From: Azolla caroliniana
Taxonomy: Eukaryota > Plantae > Polypodiophyta
Assembly (NCBI GenBank): GCA_043228905.1
Contig: JBHGNT010000020.1
Location: 3,906,001 to 3,970,000, forward strand
DNA: 64,000 bases
Direction of reading: 5' to 3'
Part shown: piece by piece, positions 38,400-58,234 of the stretch
Layout: each line of letters begins with the position of its first letter
Numbering within the stretch: position 1 is the stretch's first letter
Translations under genes and position numbers: made by a program
The notes under the pieces: model-generated
What the model saw: the letters and a program-made list of their open reading frames with translations, nothing else
What the model was told of the DNA's origin: nothing
The model's database searches: none

Positions 38400-39850
38400 A
38401 TGGATTACTCTCCTCTTGTGATAAAGTGGATTGTTGAGGTTGTGGAGATGAAGGAATTCCAATTGCATGCGTATCATGGAAGGTTTGTTGTCTATAGATG
38501 CAGCAGTTGTAACAGGCGTTGAAGAACAGAAATTTCCCAAGTACAAGATTTTGGAGATAAATGGCGGTGTCATGAGAATTTTCGGCCACGGTGAGAAAAC
38601 CCGAGTGGGAGGAATAAAACAAGATGTGCAACAACATTGCACATGAACTTAGGAAAATTATAACATAGGAATAAAAGACAAATGTAAGGAGGAAAAGTAA
38701 GATGTAAAGGTATAAAGGTGATGTGCACTTTGTAGACTAGAGGGAGGCACATGAAGTATGGGTGTAGGGAGTAGTGGCCATTGAGTATGTCGGTGAGAGG
38801 AGAGGGAGTTAAGACCCATCAATCTCACCTCCTAAGATCGAGGTCAAATACTCTCCTTTGAAAGAAAGGGGATTTGACCACTCCTTTTTTGTAATGTGCC
38901 TCACTCCTTACTACTATAAAAGGGAGTGAGGGGTCACTTTTGAAGGGCTTCCATGTTTTGGGTTTCTTTGGGTTGCCATTAGGGTTTGGGAATTTTGGGT
39001 TTTAGGATCTCGTTTTAGGGGTTTCATTGGTTTTATTCTTCTTCTTCTCCCCTATCCGGTTAGGGTTTCATCTAGAGGGTTTACATTCAGCCTACGTGGC
39101 CATGGTTGTAATTCATGTGGTGTTTTCGTAATATAATCATTCGATGAATCTTGTCTTGTCTTGTCTCTAATCTTAATCTCTTGAATCTTAATCTTTCTCT
39201 TCCTTCTCGGTTGAACTCCCAAACTTCTCTCCCTTCTCTTACTCCCTAGTCCAAGATCCCCGTGGTCCCGCCCCTTTTCGACACGTACTCACGGATTTCC
39301 GCGACAACGGGATGGCTGATTTGGAAAATGAAAAATACTATTTGATCTTTTGATAAGGATGACTATTGAGGGTGTGGAGGTTGGAAGCACCTTTTTCAGG
39401 GTCGAGGAGATGACGATCAAGGATATGGACGGATTCGTATGGATGATTTGAAATGAGGGGTTAGTTCAATGATTTTATGAAGGATCCTTTGATATTAGAT
39501 AGTGTCCAAAATAATATATGGGTTCATGATGAAGCATTACCATAGGATGCAGGTCAATGAAAAACTGGTTTAAAGCCTACATATCTTCGAGGAGGAAGAA
39601 GATAGTGAAAAGCAATTGATAATGTCAAAGACCGGTTTAGTGATCGTGGATGATCTACTACGGAAGAGATCTAAGGAAGTATTGAAGGCTATTCTTCATG
39701 TTTATTTGGCATGTGCACAAAATAATAGTCATTATTTGCTTCATGTTTGTTTCGCATGTCAAAGACCGGTTTATTGATCATGGATGATTTACTTCGGAAG
39801 AGTTCGAAGGAAGTATTGAAGGTTATTCTTCATGTTTGTTTGGTTGTTTG
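38400..39850 (-). pseudogene. possible old L1-type ORF1 remnant (zinc-knuckle-like), split by a solo LTR
   Basis: KILYLGNF...NACYNC..RQQ..H-like motif next to the LTR; otherwise heavily decayed. Confidence 0.3.
38568..39306 (+). mobile_element. solo LTR, group D
   Basis: TGTCATGAG...CGCGACA; 4-bp TSD GCGG/ACGG; closely similar to 61462-62180. Confidence 0.9.
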
Positions 39851-42800
39851 TAATTATCTTTACCTACAAACATTGGACAGTTGGTCTATTTTGTATATTG
39901 CCTTTGGCCATTTTCAGTTTAATACCAATGGAGTATTTTTTTTCGTGAAAAAAAAATACATTATGCTAATTTCTAAATGTTCAAGTTTTACGGTTTAGAG
40001 AGTTTTTTTCCCCCTTCTAAACCTCTAGTTAATCGTGGGTAACTCGATGCCACTTCATTTCTTGCTACTTGAAAGTGCGACACTTATTTACATATCATTC
40101 AAATATTTATGCATAAGTTAGATTCATAATGACTTCGCAATTTGATAAATAATTATTTACTACTAACCATATAAGCTTATTACTAATTGGATTCTTAATT
40201 TTGTCATTATTATATAAGTTATTAACTCATTCATATTTATTATTTATCTTCTTATTATTATTTATTTATTTGCTTCTAAATTACGTTTGTAATTTGTAAT
40301 AGCATAAATACATATACTAAAATTTCAACCCTTCTCTTTAGTTTCTTATTCATGTTAACTTCTCGAACTACCCTTTGAATCTTGTTAATTATGTTTGTGC
40401 AATCTATACAATAAAACTAGACATGCTAGACTACCTTCCTTTGGATTTGTGATTTGATGTGATCATTGCAATGCTATAGTTCTTTGCTGGATCGAGAAAC
40501 TATTACTAAAGATTGTAGAGATTTGGTGGCCACTGTTATTCAGAAAACCTATTTTGAAGGAAAATTGAGTTTGACATGACAAGTTAATCCGTAAATGGGA
40601 CTTCTTTACATAATAATTGAAAGCGTGTTGGCATAGAGAACTTTTGTTAATGGCACGTGGAGCTTAAATAACATGGTTCATCTGGTCATATATTGCACTC
40701 TCTGCACATCATGTGCAACAAAAAGGCGCACATTCATGATTATTTGGGTCCCAAATGAAAATGACATTCAAATGATTGGGGGAAAAAACAACACTTCCTT
40801 TATAGGATTGCTCCTACATTCAATTTTCAAATGCATAAAAATACCTACACTGTCTTCACATAAAAATATCTTTCACCTATTTTTTGGCAAAAGATATCTT
40901 AATATGATCTCTTGTGCAATGTCCATCTTTCGTGTATATTTAATAGGACATCATAATCAAAATATCTCTACTCAATTTGCTTTTGGAGCTTCATTTACCA
41001 TATTGTGCAAAATATCTGCGAACACTTTAACATGCATGATAGAAGCGTGACATTTCATGTATGATAGTATCAAACTTGTCACTTATGAAATCATGTACGA
41101 GTAGGGCTAAATTATATTTATGGAAAAAGTTCAAAATGTCATTGGGGTTTCTATTATGTATGTCGAACAATGCATTAGGGCAATACATAAAAATAGAGGA
41201 ACCTTCAAGGGCATTGTTGAATATCAAGTTGCTTTATTATTTTCCCTGAACTAATTTGTTATTTCTTTATATAAAGTTCTCACAACAATATGTACCTCCA
41301 TCCATCAACACCATGACATTCATCAAATTTGGACATGAATCCTTTGGGTATTTATGATCAACCTCACCACCAATTAATCTTAATGGTGCGCCATCTCCAG
41401 TGGACATTAAAATGATTTCTCTCACTCTATCACCCATACAAATTGATGTAAACAAGGCATTGTAATGCTACAAGGAGAAATGTAGTCATTTAAGTAAGGG
41501 AAACATGAGTCTGTTTTAAATATAGGCATGTAATGGGTTGCTTTAGATGCGGGAAACATGAGTTGCTTGAAATATGGGAAACATGAAGTATGAGGGAAAT
41601 ATTCATTGGCAATAAATAGCTTGAGCTTCTATTCTCAAAGAATGAAGGGTGGTTGGGAGACACATAGATGGCTGTTTATTTTCCAAAATAGACACATTGA
41701 TGGTTTTAATTAGCTAAAAGAGGATAAACATCAACGACCATAGTTAGTGACTATGAAAATAGGAGAGAAATTGAGCTATAATTAAAACATTCCTCGTGCA
41801 TGGTTTCATGTGTTGGTGCATTTTAGAAGGTTTATTCTCTTCAAAGCTACGATTGTTGTGGCATTTAATAGCATCTACCACCTACCATCCCAAATATCTC
41901 TTCTTTATGTAAGATTTTAAAAATACACTTTCTTTACTCCTCATTTCATCATGTGTGAGGCTAGTGTGTCACAATATTCAATAAAAATTCTTTTATAATC
42001 ATATGAACATCTTTACAAAGTGTGTGAAGTCCCTTTTACATGCATCCACAACTATAATTGGCCTCAGCTTCCTCTAGCATGGCAATGGGCTTGGATTATG
42101 AGAAAGTAATCCCAACTCCATGCAAATTTGGACGTCATCCTAACTCCCATTTTGGATTTGAGCCGAAGATAATATCCCAATCTCACACAAACCCAAGGAT
42201 TCATCTAGTCAACTGTTACTTTTGCATGATTCTCGAGGATAGTTAATTTTGTTCAATGTGACTTTTTTGTACGAAGTCCGAGATTACATTTTGTTCGAGA
42301 CCCAAGGTTATTTGAGATTCCGTAGTTCTAACAGTCACGACCTACATCAACATCACATTCTAGACATTTTCCGAGGTAAGGGATGATTCCCCTATATGTA
42401 ATCATTTCCTATTCATACAAACGTCGATGAGTAAGTAAGTGTAGTGAAGTATGTAGATACATGTTCCGTGCTCTTCAATTCAAAGCATACATGTCAAAGC
42501 AATTTAATATGTGCAAATTGTTGTCTAACACGGTCAAAATATTGATCTCCCCCATCCATTTTTATCGCTGGAAAGCATTATTGTGTGCCACATGTGTGTT
42601 TGAATAAGCCCTTAGTTGGACATATGTCAACATCGATAACAACATATGCTTGAATACACATGTATCCCTATATTTCTTGGGTACACAAATGACATTAAAC
42701 AACGGTGTCATGATGCATGATTGCATTTTTTTTTTTAGTGCAATGCTACTTTCCCAATGGAGACTACTTTGTATACACATACATCGATTGCATCACCTAA

Positions 42801-43388
42801 TAACCCAACAGGGACAAAAATGTCTATATAGCTACAATTACAAATATTACCTCTAAATGCTAGCATTGAGCATGGGTACTCGGAGTATAAACCTTCTACC
42901 AAGTTGAGGCACATTAGATGGCGCAAGTTATAACTCTCGATGTGACCCGACAACATGGATAAAAGACACACACATGAACATATCAGTAACTGATCAGACA
43001 ACCAAAAGAAGAAACGCCTTGTCGTCTACACATTCGACAAACACACGGGACGCATGCAAAAAACTGAGAATGTATGTCGTGTATTGATTGATAGGCGGGC
43101 CGATGTGATGGGACTGGATCTAGCAAAGCACAACTAGTTACGTGATGAATCGACAACATGATACACAATGCAATTGTATGAATGAATGAATGTGTCTGTG
43201 TCTGTGTATGCATGCAAGATGTTTGTTTGTATGAGAGAATATTCCTCTTTCTCTTCTCTGTCTTGTTTGTGTTTGCGAGTGTGTGTGTCTATGTATGTAT
43301 GTATGTATGTATGTATGTGTGTATGTATGTATGTTTTTGTTGGTGGTTCTGTTTGTGTCTCTATGTTATGTTTTGTTGATGATGACTT

Positions 43389-43680
43389 TATATAAATAAT
43401 AAAATGAATATTTCCTTTTTTTGCCCTCCCTTTATTTTCTTATCACGTGCGTTGTCGTGCATGACACGTGCACCCTTCTCTCTCTCTCTCTCTCTCTCTC
43501 TTCCATGCTCTTCTCCTTCTCCTTCTCCTTCTCCTTCTCCTTCCTCTTCCTCTTCCTCTTCTTCTGCTGCAGGCACAGACATAGATAGCCACAACCTTAT
43601 CTTCTTTTAATCCTAATTGCCAGTACTCTGTGTGGTTGTAATAGATCTCTCTCTCTCTCTCTCTCACTCACTCTTCTGTA
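43389..43680 (+). promoter_or_regulatory. putative hexokinase core promoter and pyrimidine-rich 5' UTR start
   Basis: TATATAAAT at 43389, two CACGTG G-boxes (43444, 43465), then (CT)n and (CCTTCT)n tracts. Confidence 0.4.
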
Positions 43681-44454
43681 ACCCTAATCACAGACAGCAT
43701 TTTGTTTCCGCCTTTGTTTTCTCTTTCCAGCTCTTTTTAGGGCCTGATTCTCCGTCTTTTCTTAGAACTCACGTGGGATTAGGTTGCAGGTATGGATATA
43801 TGTGATTCTTATCTGTACTTCTTATATTACAGATAATTAAGATCAACTAGGGTTAGGGTTTAATCCATATGTTTCTGTGTTCTTTCAGGAATAAAAAAAA
43901 TAGAGATAATAAGGGCAGATGTGGAAGTAGGGCTAGGATTAACCTCTGTATCTGCATTTTGTTTGTTCAGGTACCAAATGATTGTTTTCATGTATAGATG
44001 AATGGGTAGATGTGGAATTTGGGTTAGACTCTCTTAACCTGTCACTTGTTTCTTTTTCTATTCCTCTGTTTTTGCCAAATTTTTTGAGGGATCAAAAGCT
44101 GTTATTTTATTTAATGTTTAGGATTTCATTGACAAATAATGGGCTGTAGTGGAATTAAGGATAGGATCTATTTCCGAACAGATAAAGGACATTCGATTGT
44201 GTATTTAATCCTTTCCTTTTCGGTTTCTACTCAGATGCATCATTTCAATTTTCATCCTTGATGTATTTTTATTTGATTTTATGTACAGGTTGTCAGTATC
44301 TGTATTTGGTTTCTATTCATATATATATATATATATATCTATAGATAGCTGTTTGGAATTCCCTGTTGAGAAATCTCTTTCAAATGTGTTGTTTTCCCTA
44401 GGTACAAAGAAGGCAGGTATATATATTGTTGTGTGTGTGATTGATTCCGAGATA

Positions 44455-50145
<5,691 letters not shown>

Positions 50146-52567
50146 TCAAACGAACTCTGAGAGAGGTGCAATTATTTAAATGTTTGAAGTTGAGTGGCAA
50201 GCAATGCAATAAGGACAGGGAAATAAAAGATTTAATGATTCCGATGAATAAGAGCGAACAAAGAAAGTAGCTTCATTTTGGAAAAAAAAAAAAGAAGAGC
50301 GAGCAAAGAAAAAAGGAGAAACGAAACACTCGAAAAAGTGTTTGGCTGAAAATGGAAACATATACTTGAGGATGTCATGTCATGGTGTAATAAAACAAAG
50401 TAAGGGTGCTTATATTGGCTTGCCCTTTCTCATTAGTGAGGAGAGATGATTCTTTTGTTACTTATTGATATAGATTGTGCAGAGTTTCTGTTGAACAACC
50501 AAAAAAGAGGGATGGCCCAAAGTCTAGTTGATTGAAGGTTAGCAGTTTATATGCTCATAAATGTGGCCTTCCAATTCTTCTTGGAAACTTTAGGGTCTGT
50601 TGAACAGAACTGCCTATAGGTGTCTGAAACATTGATGTAATTCTTGTTGAAGATAATAATAGAAAGGGAACTTGGATCTGATTAATAATGAATCTCTGTC
50701 GTTGGTGGTCCTTTTCATTGTAGGACATGCCTATTTATATTGGTTGATTAAAAAAAAAAAACAATCAATGATTGATTATTGCTATTTGGTGACTGTGTTC
50801 TTTGGATCACTGTTATTGTTATTTGTCCCATTTGTATCAGAGTAACAAAGAAAATGTTGGCAAATGACCTGAATGTTCTACTGAGAGGTATGCAAAATGG
50901 CTTAACAAAGAACATGTTGGCAAATAAACTGAATGTTTTACTGAAGTGACAATGACTATTATGCAAAGATATAGCATCAGTATATGCACAAGTGGTAAGT
51001 GGGGAGTATGAAAACTCCTATTCTAGGTTTTTAACTTATTGTTAAAATGTTTTTAGGCCTATAACTCGGGTTTTTGGATAGCTTATGTGGAAGTTGTCCT
51101 CTTAGGGCATTGGGTGGTAAACAATCTTAGTCAATTGTTCTGGTAGGTGTCCCAATCCTTGGAAGTGATATTGTTTGTTAGTGGTGGAGGAGATACATAG
51201 GTGTGGTATCTCATTTGGATAAGATGTTTTTGTAGTCCCTCAATCATGCTTTCTTTTGCGACATGGCTATGATTTGGGTCTCTTTTCGTAGGTCTATCTA
51301 TCTATGATATAATTATGCGTCTACACCTCTCCCAAGGTAGTATAATCTATGTGGAATTTTGCTACTTTTTTTAATAAGATTCACTACCTTCACATGTTTG
51401 GAAGCCAATGTAAATTTTTTAAAAGATATACTACATACTCCCCTTGCACATGATCTAGATGGGGGGTGATCAAAATTGAGTGAGATTTTCTTGAAATGGC
51501 TTGGTACATCTTAAATGATTTGGTTCGTTTTTGTTATGCACAAATGGTTTGATTTGGTTAAGTTTCAAGGCCAGGAAAGCAAAGGCAAACTGCACCCATA
51601 CCTACTTGTCGTTATATTGTAAAAACGTTGTGTTGCATAACATGTAGAAAAGTAGTTAAGTGATGGGTAGAAGACAAATATAACACTAAGGATGTGTTTA
51701 TGGATGATTGAATATCGAGGGTGCAAAGGTAGTTTGGAAGAACTGAGGTTATGTGGAAAGTGTGTAGTTACAAAAACTCATTTATAGTAACTAGTTAATG
51801 TTTTGGTCATGATTTCACAAGGGGATATTGGATTTTGATGAGTGATGGCTTGTTGTAAAGCTTGACATACTACAACTTCCTACTTGGATGATAGATTCAA
51901 CCATACATGCCTGAAGCATTACTTGTGGCATGCAAGAGGAAATAGCAAAAGTGATGCATGTGTGCCGCATGGCGGCATGCATGTGTGCATGTATAATGAA
52001 GCCAACTTTTGCATAAGAATGTGTGTGATAGAGGATTACTGAACTACTCATCATGTAGAAAAAGTTTTTTTAATCTCTCTTTTTCTCAACCCACATTTGA
52101 TAATCTCCTCTCCTCTCTCATATATACATCTCTTTGTCACTTTCAATCTCTTCTTTTTTGTACATAGAGGATTACTGTAGAATCTTTTCATATAATGAGC
52201 ATTTATATGTACATAATATCATCAACCCGTTGATCTCCGATTGATGATTTCCTCCACTCGTGTCTCATAATTGATTTTCATTGTCATACCCACTCCTTCC
52301 CTCTTGTGTTTATGTTCTTTCTTAATCTCATTCATGTCATTATTGTACCTATTGTATAATGGGTTGTGTATCTTGAGACAGCTTGAGTTGGAGTTGTGAG
52401 AGGCAAACTCTAGCACAACATCGTCATCCAAGTCTCAAACATGTATATTTTTGCTAACTCAACATTGATCATGCATAATGGGGCATTGAATCCATCTATG
52501 ATTTTTTCTAAATAATTAAACCAATCTAATATTACAATTTATAATAAACATTTAATTTTAACATTAT

Positions 52568-54143
52568 TTGAGAGCCCTTTTTTATAATCCCGATAAGAGC
52601 CCAATTGTGTGCAATAGAATCAGCAAAAGAGCCCAATGGTGTGAAGATATTTCGATTGTCGGGGGCATGAAAGATGAAGTGAAGACAACCATCAGGGAGG
52701 ATACTGGGAGTCCGTCAACTATTTTCAAGCTACCTGAAACGGTGATGGACGATCTTATCAAAGGTGAAAGAGATCTTTCATTACATGTTACAAAGCTACA
52801 AGAAGAAAAATCCTCGCAACTCCAAAAAGATTATGAAAGAAGATGCATATGGTGTGATAGCGTCGACCATTCAAGAGGAGGGTGTGATAACTATCAAGAA
52901 GCGATAGAAAGAGGGGTGATATTCTTCAAAGATGGTAAGATTCATTCTTCTAAAACTCGATTACCTCACCAAACTAACTTTAAAAGAGGTGGTAAGAGAA
53001 GGATCATTGAAGATGCAGAAACAACTAGAACGCAAGCTACCTATCAACCAATAAATACAATCATCCATGTTGGTGAAGGAGGATCTGAATATGAATTTTG
53101 GCAGTGTATTTTGAAAGCTGCAAGAAAGGGTAAAATCGAGTTTGAAAAGTTGAAGTTTGGAGGTGATGTTGTCCGAAGCAATACTGGTTGGGAAGACCCA
53201 GTGGATGGCCTCTCGGCTTTCGCGAAGGTTGTAACAAACCAAGCCCATGAAGTGATTATGGAAGAGAAACGGAAATGGGCGGAAAATGAAGATAACAAGA
53301 AGAGGGAGCTAAGAAGCACTAAAAGAAGGGAGGTAGAAAGTCCAAAAATGGTAAGACCTGACGTTGAAAAAGGTACGGATAAGAAAAGTCCCTCATTAAA
53401 ATTATTATCAGATATTGAAGCTTCAACTGATTTGAAAAAAGTATTGGAAGAAAGAAATTTAGATAGCAAAGTGGAGCTTTCCTTGAGGGAGCTTTTGGGC
53501 ATAGCGAAAAAAGAATTTCATGATGCAATAATAGATGGAATTAAAAGAAAACGACAAAGTATTGAAGCCACTGAAAACCCAAGAAGTGAAGTGAAGAAAG
53601 CAACGGTGGAAGTAATCAAAGGTGAACAAGCTCTTCCATTGTTGGTCACAAGCTATTGTGACGACAACTTTTGAAGAGACGCCGAAATAGCTAAAAAACT
53701 ACTATGCTAAGAAACATTGGGTGAGAGCAACAATAGAGACACCTGTGAAAATTGGAGACCTTGAAGATCTAGTCGTGGCCTTAATCGACCACGGCTTCGA
53801 AATTAATCTAATTTCTTATGATATTTATAGGAAAGGTGGATGGCCAATGGAAACGGATCATGGGTGTAGGGTAAAATCGGCTAATTCAATGACTGAGGAA
53901 CTTCATGGAGCTTGCCCAAACATCAAAGTCACCATTGGAGATGTGAAAATGGAGCAACATTTCTTTATCCAAAAGACCTTGTCATACCCAGTGATTCTTG
54001 GTCAACCATACATCACATCTTCTAGGATGGAGACGAAGGTTCTTGAAGATGGCTCAACATATGCTAGGATTCGAAGTACCGATGGTAAAATGAGTGTTCA
54101 ATTTCTTACTGTTAGGCAGGAGCATGATAGAAATAAACAATAA
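52568..54143 (+). pseudogene. Ty3/gypsy gag (CCHC) and aspartic protease remnant
   Basis: CIWCDSVDHSRGGC knuckle; SKVELSLRELLGIAK; protease LIDHGFEINLI...ILGQPY. Confidence 0.75.
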
Positions 54144-54621
54144 TTACGAATTAACTCGTGCGGACATGATATGACATCTTGTGAGTCAAATTTTAAGGGA
54201 AGATCAAAGTGCTAACTTCCTTAATGAAGATGACATCCATGAAGCTTAAGAAGGAGATGTTGTTTGGCGCATGCCGGAGGATGCGCAGGTCTAGAGGGGG
54301 AGGATGCCGTGACGTTTTCGTGCCACGATGAGAAAATAACCTCTACCAAATTATATGAAGTGATTCAAATCTTTGTAAATGGTTGTTTAGCTAAGCGATA
54401 ACTAATAACTTGATAAGAACACTCTCCATAGGATGATTATGAATCTACGATCAAACATATATCGAGTAAAATATTTTAAAGAGAAATACCTATTATCAAC
54501 ACACTTGTTATTATCACTATCAACTATTTTAGATATTAGAGCTATTAAATCTATTACCCACTTTTAAAGCTAAATACATATTATCAACACACTTGTTATT
54601 ATCACTATCAGCTATTAAAGC

Positions 54622-54864
54622 TATTAAAGCTATTACCCATAAATGTAGGTGCCTATTATGCATGGGTAACACTTGGGACTCATGAATCCACTTTTCTCAT
54701 GCATGGGTGACACTTGGCACTCATGCACCCACCTTCCTCATGTATTAAAGCTATTACCCATAAATGTAGGTGCCTATTATGCATGGGTAACACTTGGGAC
54801 TCATGCATCCACTTTTCTCATGCATGGGTGACACTTGGCACTCATGCATCCACCTTCCTCATGT
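54622..54864. repeat. 2 x ~121-bp tandem duplication with internal CATGGGT.ACACTTGG subrepeats
   Basis: direct comparison of 54622-54743 with 54743-54864. Confidence 0.85.
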
Positions 54865-56128
54865 ATAAAAATGGGAAGAGTAATCTTATCAAGTGGGGAA
54901 TAACAGTAAATGTCAAAGACTATTGTAATTAGATAGGCAAGAAATACTATTGTAGTCATCTTGATATATCAATACAAGCTATTTTCGTTTCTCCTCTTTC
55001 TTTGACAAGAAGCCCGATGCTTACTTCCTAGATTCGCATTTTCTTTTTCCGTTGCATGCTTACGCTGTGATCAACATCACAATGTAAGGTCATGAATTGA
55101 TACAAGTGGTGATGTTTTGGTGCCCAAAGATGCAATACCTAAATCCATGTAAAAAACATGATAGGTAAACTCATGTGTTTTGAATCGAGTCCTAAGGCTT
55201 GATTACGTGACTTATCCTAGATGTCAATTTGGAAAAAGTGCTCAAAAGGCAACATGATGCCCACTCAATACTGAAAAATAGTCTACGTGCAATTGTTACA
55301 CCATAGGTAAACACATGTGAATATTGTAGAGTTAAGTGTGGGTGGGTAGATGGTAATTACAAGAAAATCTTAAGTAAGTGGGAATAAAATTTGTGTAATT
55401 AGAAAAAATAATAATAAAGGTGTGTATGAAACATTAAATATGCCCTAAGGTAGAAGTCCTAAGGTAGTAGACATGCACCTCATCATAACCATGACATCCC
55501 ATAGAATCGACCAAGAGATGGCTCAATAGAGGAGAGTGTGGTATACATAAAGCAACATGCAAAAGGGCCATGAGTTGAGCATGTCTGATTAGCGCAAACA
55601 CACTCGACCCCATGCACAATAATAATTATTATCATTGGTACTATTTCATACAATACAAAACATGTCATGCAAACGAAAAGAAGAAAGAAAGAAAAGAAAA
55701 CATAATACCAATTTATATTTGGACAAGAATAAGGCATCATATAAAATAAGAGGGATCGAGAAAGAAAAATACTGAGTTTGGAATGATGTTTTGAGCCTGA
55801 GAAGAACATGACGAGCCATGTTAGATCCCCATCATTCAAACCAAAAACATCAAAACAACACAAAAACTAAATTGTTAGTAAATGCTCTAATACCACTATT
55901 AAGAGTCTATTACTAATCAATCAACCAAATTAATGTTAAAGAAAGTAAATAGATTGGATAGAAGAGCCCATTCCTCTTGCGAAGCCAACAAAATGAGAAT
56001 ATTATCTCCTTAATTTGGAGGTTGTTTATAACATCCCCAAGCATAAATCAATGCAATATAGTCCTTTGATGTTGATCTATGACTTTTTGTCATGAGACCA
56101 AACTAATCTTAATACACATCATGAACCA

Positions 56129-57310
56129 TTGAGAACTACATTAAGCTTTCTTAAGAATATGCAAGATATGTTGCATACCGCACGGGATAATATAAAAATA
56201 GCTCAACGTGTTTTTATGTCGACCATAATAGGCAACCTTGTGTATTCAACCAAGGTATTTCTACATGTGCCTCAAGATTCTTATACATCGTCTATAGGTA
56301 AGTGCGCTAAATTAGCCCCATCATTTTGTGGAGCTTTCACAATCCTCAAATGCATTGGTTCATTGGCCTATCGTCTTGCTCTTCTTGAGGTTATCAGAAT
56401 CCATCCAATTTTTCATGCAAGTTGTTTAAAAAAACTCGTTGGTTTTGTCGATAATACAATTACAATTGAAACTTTATTTACTTATGAAGGTTTAACATCT
56501 AAACCACGTGTGCCAAAGAAAATTTTGTATGTTAAAACAAAAGAAATACATTCTAAAACAATCCGAGAGTTTAAAACTAAATGGATTGAGAAGTCTATAA
56601 AAGATGCTACATTTGAATGAGAAAACACCATTAAAACTAATTTCCCTAACTTTTTATTGTAAGAGTGCAATGTCTTAAAGAGGGGGAGCATGTTACGGGC
56701 ATAACCACAATCTATCTCATTGTAGTTAACATCACAATTTTCTACACATGAACATAAGAGTGAGATGTACCAAAGAAAATTCTGTATGTTCAAACAAAAC
56801 ATATACATTCTAACACAATCCGAGAGTAAAAAATTAAATGGGTGGGAAAGTCTATAAACAATGTTACATTGGAACAAGCAAACACCATTAAAACTAACTT
56901 CCCTAACTTTCCATTGCAAGAGTGCAATGTTTTAAAGAGGGGGGCATAAATGTCTCGTGTCTCGTGGTAGTTCACACCACAATTTTCTACACATTAAGAT
57001 AAGAGTGTGAGGGTTAATCGAAATTGTAAAGAAACGAGGATTACTTTTAGTCCTAGGGATTGAGAAAACCTTTGGAGGACAAATGTGAACTTGCCTAGGG
57101 GCCTTCAGTTTGGCTATAAATATGAGGCCTAACTATCCTCATTGGACACGTTATTTGACTACGTCAAGACTGTGATCTTGTGGTGGACAGACTCTTGTGG
57201 TGAGTGAGTGCCAGTACCAAGTATGACTTGAAGCCATAAAGGTGGTATGGGAAGTCTTTTTAGGCTTGGGTCCATTTTGATCCCCTCGCTCGGGGTGATC
57301 GGCTCCCTTC
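56129..57310 (+). mobile_element. 3' end of a chromovirus-type gypsy: integrase C-terminus, chromodomain-like tail, PPT and LTR; end segment duplicated
   Basis: KLAPSFCGAFTILKCIGSLAYRL...IHPIFHASCLKK; PKKIL...REFKTKW...DATFE. PPT AAAGAGGGGG at ~56677 and ~56934. Confidence 0.7.
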
Positions 57311-57339
57311 TTTTTCTCTCTTTCTCTCTTTTCCTCGTC

Positions 57340-57915
57340 TTCGTTTGTTTTGGCTCAAACCAAACCAAACTGTTAGCCCTGGTTTATCACTTTATCAGTT
57401 CCAAAATAATTATATAAATTTGTTTTGGTTTGGATTATTAATAAACTATTAGATTTTAGTTTAGTTTGGTTCCAAAACTCTAGTTTATCAATTTATAGGT
57501 TTAGGTGGTTTGATTTAAAGGTTTATTGGTTTATGGTTAATTTTTTGTTTCCTTAATGGTTTAATTAATGTTTTATTGATTTAATTAATTTAACTTAAAT
57601 GTTTATTTAATTTAGTGGTTTAATTAATGTTTTTTTATTGATCTAATTAGTTTAATTTTAATTTTAATTAATTTTAATGTATTTTTGTTTATTTAGTTTT
57701 TAAAATTAGTTTGACTTAAATGGTTAGGTTAAATTTTTTTATTAAATGGTTTGATTTGGTTTAAACTTTTCCCTAAACAATTTTGGTTTAAATGATTTTG
57801 TTTACTTTTTCTTAAATGGTTTGAGAGTTCATAAATTGTTTGGTTTGGTTTTTTTTATATAAATGGTTTGGTTTCAAGGCAAAGAAACTATACCAAACCG
57901 GACCCATGACTACTT
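57340..57915. mobile_element. AT-rich MITE-like or DNA-transposon remnant
   Basis: AACC/GGTT subterminal repeats. End motif GTTTCAAGGC...CCCAT..CTACTT is shared with 51520-51607. Confidence 0.4.
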
Positions 57916-58234
57916 ACAAGTTACATTAAAATTAATCTCTAACATGTGGCCACTTCAAATGGAAACCATAATTAATTTCATTGCAATTGGGAAATAATCT
58001 ACCATAAGCTACCCATTATGAAATGCTAAAGATAACACACCCACAATTAAAGCATCTATATTCACTCCAAATGGTAGACAAAACCTGAGCCTCATTTGAT
58101 CAAGACCCATCCATGTTAACTCAACACTACTAAGGTATCATTGACTTGGGCATTTGAACCCAAGGTTCATGAAGAGATATGTCAAATTAACATGATATTT
58201 ATGAGTCTTCAAGTTTGTAAATGCTGACCAACGA

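Noticed and set aside
44281-44454. longer N-terminus for hexokinase from the ORF track
   Set aside because: The upstream part is AT/TA-repeat intron-like sequence; the membrane-anchor homology starts at ATG 44455
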